A DNA stretch of 64,000 nt. Source: Lysobacter sp. Lineage in GTDB: Bacteria > Pseudomonadota > Gammaproteobacteria > Xanthomonadales > Xanthomonadaceae. The position numbers and the translations under genes were made by a program. Below are positions 63,817-64,000 of the stretch, in pieces (positions within the stretch are counted from its first letter, which is position 1; the number at the start of each line of letters is the position of its first letter). The stretch is taken from the NCBI GenBank assembly GCA_036676275.1, contig JAKFDF010000064.1:1044-65043 (forward strand). The letters run 5' to 3'. Below the pieces are notes generated by a model. That model saw only the letters and a list, made by a program, of their open reading frames with translations. It searched no databases and had not been told where the DNA came from.

Positions 63817-64000
63817 ATGAGCGTCGCCATTCCTTTCCTCGCCTTCCTGCTTGCCGGCATGTTCGCCGCCTACCACCGGCTGCGGCTGGCGGTCTGGGCC
63901 GCGCTCACCGCCTGCCTGCTGCTGGCCTGCTGGCTGCTCGGCGCCAGCCTGGCCGCGACCCTGATGGCCGCAGTCTTGGTCGCGCTGATCGCGGTGCCAC
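63817..64000 (+). CDS. fadE: Acyl-CoA dehydrogenase FadE, membrane-anchor N-terminus (truncated by the window edge)
   Basis: MSVAIPFLAFLLAGMFAAYHRLRLAVW... two hydrophobic helices typical of the gammaproteobacterial FadE N-terminus; catalytic part not visible. Confidence 0.65.
   Translation, partial: MSVAIPFLAFLLAGMFAAYHRLRLAVWAALTACLLLACWLLGASLAATLMAAVLVALIAVP

Overview
High-GC chromosomal window, most likely from a Xanthomonadales (Lysobacter/Luteimonas/Thermomonas-like) bacterium, judged from gene content and order. It is densely coding: about 58 genes, and no tRNA, rRNA, CRISPR array, integrase or transposase that I can see. The housekeeping backbone is clpB, pgeF-rluD, bamD, nadE, aroK-aroB-hemE, sdaA, metX-metB-hom under a SAM-I riboswitch, prfC, mtgA, hslO, pckG and the start of fadE. 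Accessory blocks are interspersed: a membrane TolB-N/TPR protein, otsB-GH15-otsA, an HxlR regulator with a secreted protein, a 7-repeat delta-60 propeller, an orphan hybrid kinase, YceI-cytochrome b561-YceI, MASE1-GGDEF-EAL, two MliC-like lipoproteins and an arsR-arsI-like-arsC-acr3 cassette. The best candidate for an undescribed system is at 55.1-61.0 kb. There an Oar-type TonB-dependent receptor is followed, behind a strong terminator, by a TPR-sulfotransferase, facing an exported protein of unknown function. The promoters of the two outer genes share an identical AT-rich 11-mer (TTGTTAAAGAA) over their -35 boxes. Also notable are a highly structured 300-bp intergenic element at 33.9-34.2 kb, a 27-bp tandem repeat before hemE, and several clear operator palindromes. 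Most very long ORFs in the supplied track are high-GC shadow frames. All assignments come from motif recognition; no database searches were run.
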